From Eledone cirrhosa (taxonomy: Eukaryota): a stretch of DNA of 64,000 bases. This document shows, piece after piece, positions 1 to 12,460 of the stretch. The stretch covers positions 11,656,001-11,720,000 of the forward strand of contig OZ024740.1 in NCBI GenBank assembly GCA_964016885.1, read 5' to 3'. The translations under genes and the position numbers were made by a program. Positions within the stretch are counted from its first letter, which is position 1, and each line of letters starts with the position of its first letter. The notes under the pieces were generated by a model. That model saw nothing but the letters and a program-made list of their open reading frames with translations, made no database searches and was not told the origin of the DNA.

Positions 1-420
1 CACCCCTCTTCCTTTACCCTTCGACTGACGCCCCCTATCTGTCCCTCCCCTGCTAACACCTCTAACCTCTACCCACAAACGCCAACACCTCACCACCCTA
101 CTAGTACTACCAAATGCTGCCCTACCTTCCCCCTTACAACACACACCAGTATATATACACTCACATGTATGTACACATGAACCTTCCCCTCTCCCATCCC
201 CTCCCTTTACTATCACCACCAACCTCTACTCACACACCCACACCTCGCCACCCTACTAACACTTCTACTATTAAACACCCCCTACCACCACCACCACTCT
301 TACCTTCAACATTACCCCTGTTCACCACATCCTAAACACACACACACACCAATATATACACTCACTCCCACCAACCTACCTCCTCACATGTCCACCAAAC
401 CTTCTGCACACACATAACAT

Positions 421-3420
421 TTTCAATTCAATTCAATATATTTGGCAGAAAATAAAACATAGATGCTTCAGATGCCATGTAAGGAGGGGAGAGGGGCAAA
501 ATTTACACAGTGAAACAGCTTTTTGTCATGTCCACGTAGACACCTTTCAAGTGCCAGAGTGAATAAGAGGTCTTGAGGGAGATCATAATGGCCATTGAAG
601 AGATTGTAAGCCAAAATGAGATCGCCTCGTAGCCGTCGACGCTCCAAGGAGAAGAGGTTCAGCTTCTGCAGCCGGCTTTCGTAGGGCAGCTCATGAAGAC
701 CCTGTACCATTCGAGTCACTAGTCGTTGAACTCTCTCCAAGTGATGGATATCCCGGATGAGATATGGGTTTGATGCTTGGATGCCATATTCTAGGTGCGG
801 TCTCACGAGGGCGACATAGAGAGGCCTGAAAATTTCTGGAGTGAGTTTGGCAAAGGAGCGTCCAATAAGAAAAAGAGAGTTCCTTGCCTTGTTTGCGGCT
901 TGAATGCAATGTTTTGATGGTTTGAAGGACGAGTCGACCAGCAAACCAAGATCTTTAGTCTCCTCAACCTCCTTCAAAGGAGTAGTACCACCGTTGAAGG
1001 TAAGAGCTGAGTTATAAGGTGTACCCACTGCCATATGACAACACTTATCGACATTGAGGTATAAATCCCCGTCAATGGACCAACTCCAGGCGCACTGGAG
1101 ACTGGACGTGAGATTGTCGATCTCGCTCCTACGGGCTACCATCTTCACATCTGCAAATAGGAGCACGTTTCCACCAATCATGTCCGGCATGTCGTTGATG
1201 TATAGATGGAAAAGAATTGGGCCCAACACAGAACCCTGGGGAACGCCACTGCCCACACCCACCCCCGATGACAAACTGCCATTGATCCAAACTCTGCAAG
1301 AATGACCCTCAAGAAATGATCCAATCCACTTTATAATCGAGTCATGGAGACCATAGTTGCTGAGCTTATACAGGAGCAGGCGGTGGTTGACAGAGTCAAA
1401 GGCTTTGGCGAAGTCGAGAAAGATAATATCGGCCGCATCTCCATCGTCTATTATTCTCCTCACCCATTCTTCCATCACGAGTAGGTTTGTAAGACAGGAA
1501 CATTTCTGGATGAAACCGTGTTGCGATGGAGAGATGGCAGTGAAAGACGCAAGATGAGCCATAATTGCCCGCTTGATTAGAGATTCCAAGGCCTTACAGA
1601 CAATTGAGGTGAGGCTCACGGGTCTGTAGTTCCCTGGGTCTTCTTTGTCGCCTTTTTTAAAGATAGGGCAAATTGTAGCTACTTTCCAGTGGGCAGGAAC
1701 AACTCCGGTAGGTCAATGATAGGTTGAATAGCATGGCTAGAGGTTTAGCAAGGTTGGGTGCAACTGCACCCAAAATCACTGGATGTAGACCATCTGGACC
1801 ATGCCCCTTATTCACATCTAAGGACAAAAGCAACTTTTCCACCTCGTCCGGTCTGATGGCGGGGCGATCGTGTTTAGATTTGGAGGTTCTCTGCCATCGT
1901 CCTCTTTGAAGATATTTGCAAAAACATCGGCAAAAAGAGAAGCTTGTTGGTCAGCGTGTTCAATAACTGCACCTTCGGGGTTTTGAAGAGTGACAATTTG
2001 GTTATTCAGTTTTTGATTTCTCTGCACGTGAGCGTAAAAGCGCTCTGGATTACGACCGGCATCATTTGCAAGTTCCCTTTCAAAATTATGCCTTCCAATT
2101 CTGGAAATATGCTCGACATGATTTCGCTGCTTTCTGTAGACTTCAAATGCCACAGCAAACATGGTCTCTTGATAGTGCCCCATGCAGTGTTTCTTAACTT
2201 CCGTTCGCGGATAATTGTCTTTGTTATCCAGGGTTTGTGTTTCTTGCGTTTTGGCGTTCTCAGCGTCACTGTCATTACTGTTAGCCCAAGTAGAATTTTC
2301 TTTATTTCTCGTCACAAAGTTTCAACAAACTGATTTTCAGTTAGGCTGAGCCAATTTATCTCGTCGGAGGCCATTTTGATAAAATCATGATTCATAGAAG
2401 TAAATATTCTTCTTGGCTGATTTGAAACGGGAGGCGGTGCAAGCAAAGTAAGCATGCTAAAGCTCAGTACTGCATGGTCGCTTTTCCCAAGTGGAGACAG
2501 AACTTGCAGAGACGATACGGATCTAGGATAACAGGAGAAGATAAGGTCTAGTAACGACGGCCATTGACCACTTCGAGCCCTTGTTGGTTTTGTAATATGC
2601 TGGCAGATGAAACATTCTTCCGTCGTATCGAGCAATAGTTGGTCGAAGTTATTGTTGGACGTGCACACATTTGAGTTCCAGTCTATAGTCGGGGCATTAA
2701 AATCCCCGAGTATAAGACAGTCATTTGGACATCTTGAGACAGCTTTCATTGCATTAATGAGACTCTGATCTTCATCTGTTGTAGAACTAGGACTGCGATA
2801 GATGGAAAGAATGGGAATAGTTTCTCCACCCACATTAAGACTGCGAAGAACAGCATCAAAGTTCTCCGAAAATACGGTGTTCGGTGGTAGAGGCTGACGG
2901 GATGGTTTGAGCGATGATCTTGTATAAATGATAACTCCCCCACCTTTTCTTTGACATCTATCACATCGGAATGTAGTAAAGTCAGGAATGTGAATCTCTG
3001 CATCTTTGGCTTCTGAATTTAACCAGGTTTCGGTTATGACTATCAGGTTTGCCTTCTCGTCTGCAATAACGGAATGGAGATCATCAAGTTTGGACAGAAG
3101 AGAGCAAGCGTTGGTTAAAATAACTTTGAATGAGTGATCAAGGGACAGCTATTTGGGCTTTAATCGCTTTTTGGGGATCTTCGGGAGGAAGTTGGAGGGC
3201 TTCTTGCACACCTTCTCATCTGAGATGGCTGTTTGTTCTGCCAGGGAAGTTTGGAGTCTTTGGATATCATTATTGGGGCCGCCCAAAGGTAAGAGTATAC
3301 TATCGTTCCGTTTCTTATCCGCAGACCAGTCTCTCCGGCAGCTATGCGTGACCCGAGTTCTGTCTTCAAAGTTCTCCAGCGGATTCTTTCTTTTAAGGAG
3401 AACTCCTTCCGAAAATCCAA
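421..3420 (-). mobile_element. 5'-truncated, frameshifted CR1/L2-type non-LTR retrotransposon (ORF1 C-terminus, APE endonuclease, RT)
   Basis: ORF1-like tail ERIRWRTLKTELGSRIAAGETGLRIRNGTIV (~3410-3290). APE motifs ITETWL, YRSP, ILGDFNAP, LLDLIF, SDHA (~3120-2312). RT motifs QHGF, FLDFAKAFDSVNH, GVPQGSVLGP, LFADV (one Asp missing), LVRPHLEY, ERRRLRGDLI (1619-468). Split across several frames, with a short (TTGAA)n-like 3' tail near 421-437. Confidence 0.92.
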
Positions 3421-4111
3421 TTTACTACTCCATACACACATACATACTACTCCATACACACATACATACTACTCCATACACACATACATACACACATGCC
3501 ATTCTCACCCACACATATGCACCTGCCTGTCTACCAGCTTCTACCCTCACACACACACAGCAATACTACTTGCCTCTCATTCACCAGTCCTCCCCTCCCT
3601 CTCACACATCGCCCTGCCATCATCACCCTCTTGACCCTCTCCTCGACCACTTCCTGTTGCACGCGCCGCCATACATTCCACTTCCTCTTCCCCATTTTCA
3701 ACTCTGAAGTGAGGAATTTACCACAGGGATATCCACGCGATTATACATCAGGATCTTTACCATCCATTCAGAAACTTAAACACACAGACACATGCACCAT
3801 GTTCGCACACATGCAACTACACATTTCACACAAACCCACATCACCTACAGACACACCACGCATGCCCCTCTCTTAACCACACAAACATACGCACACACGT
3901 GCACATCTACACATACACCTTACCTTCCACTCGGACTCCAATTTTCTTGCAACTCCTCTCTATCCCCCACCACACCCTTGCCTTCCCAGACCCATATACC
4001 CCTCTTATTTTTAAAATTCTCTTTTTTTATATTTAATTCTATTTTGATTTCATGTTTTATATTTATTGATATTTCTATTTTTCCTGCTAACTCCCCCCCA
4101 CTCACCCCCAC

Positions 4112-4148
4112 TTTCTGATGAAGGACTTATGTCCGAAACGTTGTAAAC
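4112..4148 (+). ncRNA. Minimal type I hammerhead ribozyme motif at the end of a degraded PLE-like pyrimidine-rich tract
   Basis: CTGATGA(4115-4121)-A-GGAC ttat GTCC-GAAAC-GTT-GTA. Palindromic AACGTT around stem III. Stem I is only 2 bp, so probably decayed. Confidence 0.65.
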
Positions 4149-4237
4149 AACCCCCCTCCACTCTCATTAAGCATGAAGATAATAACACTATGTACCATTG
4201 TTGTTTGTGTTGTTTGTCATTTTGAACTATATATATA

Positions 4238-4750
4238 TCATCATCGTCATCACTGTTTTACGTCCATTCTTCCACACTAGCATGGGTTAGACGAGTTCTC
4301 CTGTTGTGGGCAGTGTCCGTTCGGCTGACCTTGTCTTGTTCATACAGGAACTGATTCTGGCATGATTTCTACAGCTGGATGCCCTTCCTAACACCAACCT
4401 CATTTACAGTGAGTGCTGGGTGCTTTTTTCCGTGGCGCCTACACATCCACTTTACAGTGTGGGCTGGGTGCTTTTTTTTGCCGTGGCACCCCCACGACCA
4501 CTTTGCAGTGGGGGGGTGTGGGGGCATATTGTCTATATGCTTCAGCTTTGGGTTGTACCCATGGGAAGTCAGGTCTTCTGTATTACTGCATGACGCCAGA
4601 CGTCACGGTCGTGTGTCATCGCCCTTGATAGGTACAATTGGGTAAGGTCGGCTTTTATCAACTCATCCCAGGTATTCTTGGGTTTCCCCATTCCGCGGCT
4701 TCCATGAACTTCTAGCGCTCTGCATCTTTTTATGCAGCTGTCATCCTTCA
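4238..4750 (-). mobile_element. RTE-clade LINE family B, 3' fragment
   Basis: MKDDSCIKRCRALEVHGSRGMGKPKNTWDE. 3' UTR similar to 30842-31150. (GAT)n tail next to (TA)n. Confidence 0.88.
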
Positions 4751-4856
4751 TAAATAAATGAAACAAACAAAACATAGGAGGCAATTTGACACAGTTATAT
4801 TAGTTTCACGCTTGGTGGAAGTGGAGGAGGTTTCAAATCAAAGGATGCACGACACC

Positions 4857-5512
4857 GACAACAGTAGCTGTGGTGTGACGACAGCTCAAGACAACAGTAG
4901 CTGGGGTGTGACGACAGCTTGGGACAACAGTAGCTGGGGTGTGACGACAGCTTGGGCAACTAGCTGTGGTGTGACGAAAGCTCGGGACAACAGTAGCTGT
5001 CGTGTGACGACAGCTTGAGACAACAGTAGCTGTGGTGTGACGACAGCTTGGGACAACAGTAGCTGTGGTGTGACGACAGCTTGGGACAACAGTAGCTGTG
5101 GTGTGACGACAGCTTGGGACAACAGTAGCTGTGGTGTGACGACAGCTTGGGACAACAGTAGCTATGGTGTGACGACAGCTTGGGACAACAGTAGCTGTGG
5201 TGTGACGACAGCTTGAGACAACAGTAGCTGTGGTGTGACGACAGCTTGGGACAACAGTAGCTGTGGTGTGACGACAGCTTGGGACAACAGTAGCTGTGGT
5301 GTGACGACAGCTCAAGACAACAGTAGCTGTGGTGTGACGACAGCTTGGGACAACAGTAGCTGTGGTGTGACGACAGCTTGGGACAACAGTAGCTGTGGTG
5401 TGACGACAGCTTGGGACAACAGTAGCTGTGGTGTGACGACAGCTCGAGACAACAGTAGCTGTGGTCTGACACCAGCTTGGGACAACAATAGCTGTGGTGT
5501 GACGACAGCTCA
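4857..5512. repeat. 33-bp minisatellite (GACAACAGTAGCTGTGGTGTGACGACAGCTTGG), about 20 copies
   Basis: Directly visible tandem units. 11-aa periodicity in all overlapping ORFs. Confidence 0.97.
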
Positions 5513-5822
5513 AATGCGTCATCAGTCTCAGTCTAATATTTTGGCCACGACCAACACACATAAAGTGAATGTCTTCCTCAGCCCTTGGGCAAGTTTTCTA
5601 CGATTAGATGCACTTTCTTGTGTTAACCAATTTAAATTTCCATTTATTTGTACCCTCAGCTGGGCTTTTTAGTTTTAGTATGGTTAGAGCTGTTTTAATT
5701 CAATACCTGTATGTATAACTTTTCAATTCCAATTACTTGTCCCAAGCTCACTTTGATAATTGGGGGGTTTGCTGTGTATTCTAATTTTTTGTGTATGAGG
5801 AACCCCTCCTCCCCTCAACCTG

Positions 5823-5939
5823 ATGTATTCAGTGACAACTCCACCCCCATCTCTATATGTATTCAGTGACAACTCCACCCCCATCTCAATATGTATTCGG
5901 TGACAACTCCACCACCCCCACCTCTATATGTATTCAGTG
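5823..5939. repeat. Short tandem repeat, ~34-bp unit (ATGTATTCAGTGACAACTCCACCCCCATCTCTAT), about 3.5 copies
   Basis: Directly visible. Confidence 0.9.
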
Positions 5940-6554
5940 CCCCCCCCCCCCCCCCCAAAAAAAAAAAACAGCTATAAGGTAGTGTTGAACAAGACATGTC
6001 TTTCAAAACAAGACATCATAATTCTTTCTAAACAAACTATTCTATCTGATGTCAACTTCTATAAATATTGTCACTAGTTTGTCTTTGATAAATTCTATTA
6101 CTGTTGTTAAAACATCCCAAATATTCATTATAGTCACACCAGCTGACCTTCTGTTGGTTCAGTGACCATTTCTTAGACCAGTTTTTCGTACTCACAGGAG
6201 TCTGTTGTCATTTTATTCTGTATTCTGTCAACCTATTCTGAGATCTTTCTTGACTTGATTCTGGAAAACAATATATACTTCTTAATGGCTACTGAAGGTA
6301 AAACATGCATAAATATATACAATTATACACTCACGCACACACTGATACATTCTCAGAATATATACATATGCATATACACACACACACATATGTAGGTAGT
6401 ATATTTGAGCAGATAATACATGCGTGTGTTTGTGTGTACATGTGTGTAGGTAGTATATCTGAGAAGATAATGAACAGAAAATACGTGTCTATGAATGTAT
6501 GTACATGGAGGTAGTAATTTTGACCAGATAATACAGTGTGTGCGTGTGTACTGA

Positions 6555-7215
6555 AAGAGACAGCAATTTTGTTTTTACTATGTAATCATGAGAAAGCATT
6601 ATTGCTCCATCTCAAGTTAATTTATGTCATATATATATTTAAAGGTTAAACAAGGTTCAATGAATAAATCAAAGAATGAGTTTTACAATAGATTGGAAGC
6701 ACTCAACAAAAAATGGTTTCTAATTAATGTTGTTCTAGAAATGTTCTAATTAATATCTCCCTATATATTACACTATAAATATTATTCCTCTTTATCTCTC
6801 TCTCTGTAATCAATTCTCTTTTGCTTTCTATGCTCTTACTAGCTATATTATCCCCTCATCTGTTTCTTTCTCTATGCCTTTCTTTTCTTTCCTCTTTCTT
6901 CAGTAATTAAAATTATTTGAATCTCTAACAGTTATATTGCTGCTATGTATTTTTTAAGCTTTCTCACACGCATCCTCTCTATTATATGTATTATATGTAT
7001 TATATGTAGGTTTTTGTCATGTTTCAATATTAAGGTATATAAATATTGAGTTTTGTCATATATTACTCACTACCATGACTGAATCTTAACCATCTACTAT
7101 GTCAGGGTATGTCATGCATCATCTTATTTTATCTGATGAGGACGTACTGTTGAAGTTAACTCAATACCTCTGAAATATGTATAATAAAATATACTTGATC
7201 ATAAGAATATCTATT
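6555..7215 (+). mobile_element. Decayed Penelope-like element 3' end (endonuclease tail remnant plus pLTR with hammerhead)
   Basis: LLCNHEKALLL at ~6575-6607 resembles the CxLCxxE tail seen in the PLE at 23757-24011. Followed by a pyrimidine-rich UTR and a hammerhead. 6961-7210 is homologous to 12885-13108 (inverted). Confidence 0.65.
7125..7191 (+). ncRNA. Type I hammerhead ribozyme
   Basis: TATTTTAT-CTGATGA-GGACGTA...TACCTCT-GAAA-T-ATGT-ATA/ATAAAATA. Perfect 8-bp stem I, imperfect stem II, 1-bp stem III extension, predicted cleavage after 7183. Confidence 0.8.
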
Positions 7216-7368
7216 TTGTTAATATTTTGAATTTATATATATACATACATAATGTGTTGGTTGTTATATAGTTTATATATTTGAATATAAGCTGACCACT
7301 ATTTTATCTCTGAGAAATGGGCAAAAGTCCAAACCCCGTTTATAATCAACACATTATGGCATGGTTTT

Positions 7369-7484
7369 GAAATTTTCATGAGTGGAGAAAATATTTACAA
7401 AGTTTTAATATTTTGATGTTTAAAATATTTTAAACATCAAAATATTAAAACTTTGTAAATATTTTCTCCACTCATGAAAATTTC
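7369..7484. repeat. Perfect 116-bp palindrome with no spacer
   Basis: 58-bp arms (GAAATTTTCATGAGTGG...CCACTCATGAAAATTTC), centre at 7426/7427. Confidence 0.95.
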
Positions 7485-7666
7485 CGGTGACGATCACTTA
7501 AATAAACATACTAATTTTCTCCTAATGCAGTTTATATATAATATCGTCTTTTTTTAATGTATCATGGATTACGTTACTGATTAAATAAGACAGTGTAACA
7601 ACGTCTTCGTTCAATTTCTGTTTATATTGTCAATTACGATTTTATTTGATGTATCATATCTACATG

Positions 7667-8620
7667 TACAGGACAAGAAACTAAAATAAAACTTTAAAAG
7701 AATAGGACAAGAAACTAAGATAAAACTTTAAAAGAATAGGACAAGAAACTAAGATAAAACTTTAAAGAATTGGACAAGAAATAAAAAATTTTACAATAAT
7801 ATTAGTGGCAAAATTTTTATTGGTAAAAAATCGAGTTCCACATTCATAGGCTCTGGGTTCCACATTCAGAGGTCGTCGTCAGACCGGGGGATCATCTGAT
7901 CCTGGTTTGAACACCAATTGGGCCATAACCATACCCCTATTTCATCATTCGGCGACACACCTCATGTGTCATGCATAATGTGAATGGACCCATGGGCCCA
8001 TGAGCACAGATCTTGAGCAGTAGCGGACGGTCTTGTCGTACCGCTCATCCTTGATCTTGACCAACCCGTCCATCTTCTCCTTGCATCTTGTCCTTGAGTT
8101 CAAGTCCGGCAGTCCAGATGAATGCGTGCCACAGCTTTCTGGTACAGGAAGGGGGAGCAGGAGGACTGGAGGGATGACGGGACAGAGGGAGGGAGGACCG
8201 GTGGTTGAGGGAGGTGCCGTAGTCGGTGGTCAGAGTCGACATCTTGTCCCGGTCGTCTTCTCCATCTTCGTCTGGTGTTGCGGGACCAGAAGTGCATTCT
8301 TGGAGACCTGCAGCTGCATCGGCCAATTCTTCTTGCAATGGTCATTCTGACGGAGCAGAACTGCTCAGCCAACCAACCCCAACGGCTCAGGGGCAACGCA
8401 CAATGAGAGCATGACAATTATTATGCACTAATCAAGAAGATACTGGGGCATAGCACAGGAAACGAATAAAAAAATTTTGCCACTAATATTATTGTAAAAT
8501 TTTTTATTTCTTGTCCAATTCTTTAAAGTTTTATCTTAGTTTCTTGTCCTCTTCTTTTAAAGTTTTATCTTAGTTTCTTGTCCTATTCTTTTAAAGTTTT
8601 ATTTTAGTTTCTTGTCCTGT
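7667..8620. repeat. Fold-back module: inverted arms (7667-7819 and 8468-8620) built from 34-bp tandem subrepeats around a GC-richer ~650-bp core
   Basis: AGGACAAGAAACTAAGATAAAACTTTAAAAGAAT about 3.5x, with its reverse complement on the other side. The arms are longer in copy 2 (18250-18468 and 19117-19364). Confidence 0.9.
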
Positions 8621-8957
8621 ATTTTTAAAGGTTTATATTCCAACAATATTACTTTTTTTTGCTGTACGCATTTTTCTATCTGGTCTACTATTTTTTAAGG
8701 CAATGCAAGCAACAACTATCTAATAATTAAATGATCATAGTGAATTACTGACAAGTGATTGACATTTTAAAGTTCTTTTGAGTATAATTGCAATCTAGTT
8801 GAGGCAACTGGCTTAATGACAAAGCTAGTAAATCATGAATGCATTTGAGATGATTAGTGCATAATAGTGAATTGGTGAAACTTGTGCATTTCAATGGTGT
8901 TACAACAATAGATGTAAGTTATATAGTAGTAATACTTTATCATTTTAACTTTTTAGA

Positions 8958-9314
8958 ATGGACAAAAACCCATGCAAAGAAATGACTTTGACTGCAGTGA
9001 TTCTCTCCAATTTACTTACAAAGCAAAACGTGGTCAAATACCTTATCATCTCTGATAAAATGCCCATTGAATCACTGAAAATCGGATGCATGGAATTCCT
9101 CATAAAATGCACCTATGAATCGGAAGCCATCACATATATCAATGGATATAGGGAGTTGTTCACACTGGAAGACCACTTCATTTGTGACTTCATCAGTTAT
9201 CTCCCCGATTATCTCAGACACCCAATGCCATTGATGAGAGGTGATCCAATGTGTGAGCATGTAACTAATCTTATAGAAGTTGTTATCGACCACCTGGCTT
9301 TTAGTGACATTTGA
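8958..9314 (+). CDS. 118-aa ORF resembling the BACK region that follows BTB domains (element cargo)
   Basis: LTKQNVVKYLIISDKMPIESLKIGCMEFL matches the lxxeNvxxxlxxAdxxxxxxLkxxcxxfi pattern by eye. Possible 5' UTR intron 8914-8956 (GTAAGT...TTTTAG). AATAAA at ~9400. The ORF stays open in copy 2. Confidence 0.5.
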   Translation: MDKNPCKEMTLTAVILSNLLTKQNVVKYLIISDKMPIESLKIGCMEFLIKCTYESEAITYINGYRELFTLEDHFICDFISYLPDYLRHPMPLMRGDPMCEHVTNLIEVVIDHLAFSDI

Positions 9315-9494
9315 CTGATTTGACTGATAATGATGTATTTTTAAAAAGTATGTGTACATTCTTGTTACTATTTTAAGGCAATGCAAGCAACAACTATTTA
9401 ATAAAATTTAAATTTAAAAATGACCATTGTGCATTATTAGTATGATGACATTTTATTAAGTCACAAAATTAGTCAGTCAGCCATAGAACAAGGA

Positions 9495-10248
9495 TCAGGT
9501 GGCAAAAACATTGGCAAAAATTTGTGTCAATTTAAGATTTCCAACATTGTTCAAATGAATCATATCTGGTTTGAAGTCAGATTTGTCAAATTTTGACCAA
9601 TTTTCAATGTTGTGAAGATTGGGCAAGTTCAATTTTTGAATAATTTCTTTCATGCAGTAATTAAACTTTTCCAAACGAGAATTTCTCTTGCCCAAGTCAT
9701 TTTTATTTTCAATTACACTTTGTGGACGTGGAATGACACCACTGTAGAAAATGGGTGTACAGTGGTGCTTTTCCGCTATTTTCTGTAGCCTTGCAAAGAG
9801 ACTCTTCCCCTGTTTTTCCGGTTTTGTGCCTCGAACGGGCACTTTGTCCTTAATTTACAAATAAATGATTAATAAAAAATACTTGGGCAAAAATTATTGT
9901 ATTACTTTGCACAGCTTTGTAGTGCCAACGGTGTGACGAGGATTCAGATTATTAGAGCCGACATGAACCACCAATACTTTCACAAAAGGACAACAGATAA
10001 CAATGTTGGCGATTAACATTACCTGGCCCTGACAGGCCCCAGGTATACAAAATATCTAAGTATTTTTGTTGGTATGATAAGTAAATACATTTGAATTAAT
10101 ATTTTTATACCTTCTGGTCATTCGATTTCGCCACATTTCTAATTATGGATTTGTAAAAACTGGCATGAATGTGAATTTGATCAGTCCAATTGCCCGATTT
10201 TAGTGAAAAGTTTTGATTCGAAATGGAAATACTCCATTTCCGTGCCAT
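9495..10248 (-). CDS. Three-exon SGNH/GDSL-hydrolase-like gene, ~213 aa (exons 10248-10111, 10055-9906, 9848-9495)
   Basis: Two phase-0 GT-AG introns (55 and 57 nt) join the frames exactly. Blocks: KSIIRNV (degenerate GDS), CIPGA, VVHVGSNN, SGVIPR, DMIHLN. AATAAA on the minus strand at ~9455. Confidence 0.75.
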
Positions 10249-11416
10249 GGAAAAAATGAATAAGCCGATCAAAAAGCCGCGAAACATCATTTTTAATTAA
10301 GCGAAATTAGTGGATGCAAATCTCAGAAAATATTGTACACTTTTCGCACCTATCGGTACAAAAATATAGCGCACTATTCGCACCTATCGGTACAAAAAAT
10401 CGTACGACTGTTAATAATACTAGAAGTGCAAACTATCTGTTGAATACCTGGTATATGAAGAGCAACCGATACGATCGGTCGGCGATCGGTCTTGAAGAAG
10501 AATGAAGAATGAAGTGAAATTTTGGTCTGGTTGTTGTCATCGGTGTTTCGCAGAGATGCCGGCACGAACAAAGGTGTCAGTGACACAAAGTTGTCCGCTT
10601 GAACAAAGGTGTCGGTCCGACAAATGTGTCAGTCAGACAGACAGTCAGACAGTGTCACAGTTGGTGCGACAAAGCGATCGATGCGATTAAAAAAAATTTA
10701 ACTCACATGTTTACCTATATTTTCGCAAACTATTGATAGATTGGTACAAAAAATAGCTTTGATAATAAACATAAATTTTTAACGAAGTATTTAAAAAGCA
10801 TTTTAGCAGTGAAAAGTGAAGTAATGTTTCACACTGACGCAAGTAGGGCCGTTAGAAATGACGTAGTCAATTAGGAGGAGGGGATTCGGCGATTTGACTA
10901 CATTTGACTAACGTAATCACAATCACAAGAGTTCCGCCGAAAAAAATTCGTCATTTCTGGATTACCTCCCTTAGCGTCACGCTTACTACTCACTCACTTG
11001 AACACAAGATTTATCAGCAAACTTTGATTATAAACTTTTTCCCGCTGGACCAAATTTCTAGATTTTTAAGCCAAAAGATGCGTAATGATCTACTGTTCTT
11101 GCTCATATAAGTTTTATCTCAGTTAAATAAAGTAGAGCCGCGCTGTACTGTCGTAAACAGACGATTGCCAACGAAAACACGACCACAACAATATTACTAA
11201 ATGGACTACCGTCCGTTTAGGATACCTGCGTATAATATCAATATACACACTACACATGCTAGCAGAAAACCACCCGAAGGGTGGTTTTTCTGCTAGTTGC
11301 ATTTAATGTTAATTGGGAATTACTTGTATTTTATCTTCACTAATTGAAACATGTTGAAAAATATTGTTGATTTGATGGGCATTTGGTTAACTTGTCCTAA
11401 TTTTATTATATATTTG

Positions 11417-12460
11417 TGTGTGTGTGTGTATGATGTTTGTGGTGTGATGTGTATGTGTGATGTTTGTGGTGTGGTGTGTGTGTGTGATGTTTGTGCTGTG
11501 TGTATGTGATGTTTGTGGTGTGTGTGTGTGATGTTTGTGGTGTGTGATGTTTGTGGTGTGTGTGATGTTTGTGGTGTTTGTGTGATGTTTGTGGTGTGTG
11601 TGATGTTTGTGGTGTGTGTGATGTTTGTGTGATGTTTGTGGTGTGGTGTGTGTGTGATGTTTGTGGTGTGTGTGATGTTTGTGGTGTGGTGTGTGATGTT
11701 TGTGGTGTGTGTGATGTTTGTGGTGTGGTGTGTGATGTTTGTGGTGTGGTGTGTGTGATGTTTGTGGTGTGGTATGGTGTGTGTGATGTTTGTGGTGTGG
11801 TATGGTGTGTGTGATGTTTGTGGTGTGGTGTGTGATGTTTGTGGTGTGGTGTGTGTGATGTTTGTGGTGTGGTGTGTGTGATGTTTGTGGTGTGTGTGAT
11901 GTTTGTGGTGTGGTGTGTGTGATGTTTGTGGTGTGGTATGGTGTGTGTGATGTTTGTGGTGTGTGTGATGTTTGTGGTGTAGTGTGTGATGTTTGTGGTG
12001 TGGTGTTTGTGGTGTGTGTGATGTTTGTGGTGTGTGTGATGTGTGATGTTTGTGGTGTGGTGTTTGTGGTGTGTGTGATGTTTGTGGTGTGTGTGATGTG
12101 TGATGTTTGTGGTGTGGTGTTTGTGGTGTGTGTGATGTTTGTGGTGTGTGTGATGTGTGATGTTTGTGGTGTGGTGTTTGTGGTGTGTGTGATGTTTGTG
12201 GTGTGTGTGATGTGTGATGTTTGTGGTGTGGTGTTTGTGGTGTGTGTGATGTTTGTGGTGTGGTGTTTGTGGTGTGTGTGATGTTTGTGGTGTGTGTGAT
12301 GTGTGATGTTTGTGGTGTGTGTGATGTTTGTGGTGTGGTGTTTGTGGTGTGTGTGATGTTTGTGGTGTGTGTGATGTTTGTGGTGTGATGTGTGATGTTT
12401 GTGGTATGGTGTGTGTGATGTTTGTGGTGTGATGTGTGATGTTTGTGGTGTGGTGTGTGT
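11417..12460. repeat. Compound GT-rich mini/microsatellite, core GTGTGATGTTTGTGGT
   Basis: Directly visible; it generates spurious His/Thr and Cys/Val ORFs. Confidence 0.97.

Larger units (their letters stand above)
7665..11296 (+). mobile_element. Candidate non-autonomous Helitron-like element with cargo genes (copy 1; 5' end undefined)
   Basis: 3' end AAAACCACCC-GAA-GGGTGGTTTT hairpin followed by CTGCTAG/T at ~11296. A near-identical inverted second copy lies at 16976-19365. No Rep/helicase seen. Confidence 0.6.

Noticed and set aside
4833-5672. 11-aa repeat proteins
   Set aside because: Minisatellite open in most frames on both strands, with no unique coding flank.
6052-6260. Possible minus-strand exon after a TTTTCCAG acceptor, with one frame open apart from a single TGA
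   Set aside because: No recognisable protein and all three frames stop early; not enough to call an exon or readthrough.
7300-7345. Degenerate hammerhead-like string (CTGAGAAAT-GGGC aaaa GTCC-AAAC)
   Set aside because: Both core segments are defective and stem I is not convincing.
8033-8417. Host gene in the GC-richer core of the fold-back module
   Set aside because: Several short overlapping ORFs with no recognisable domain, and part of the duplicated element.
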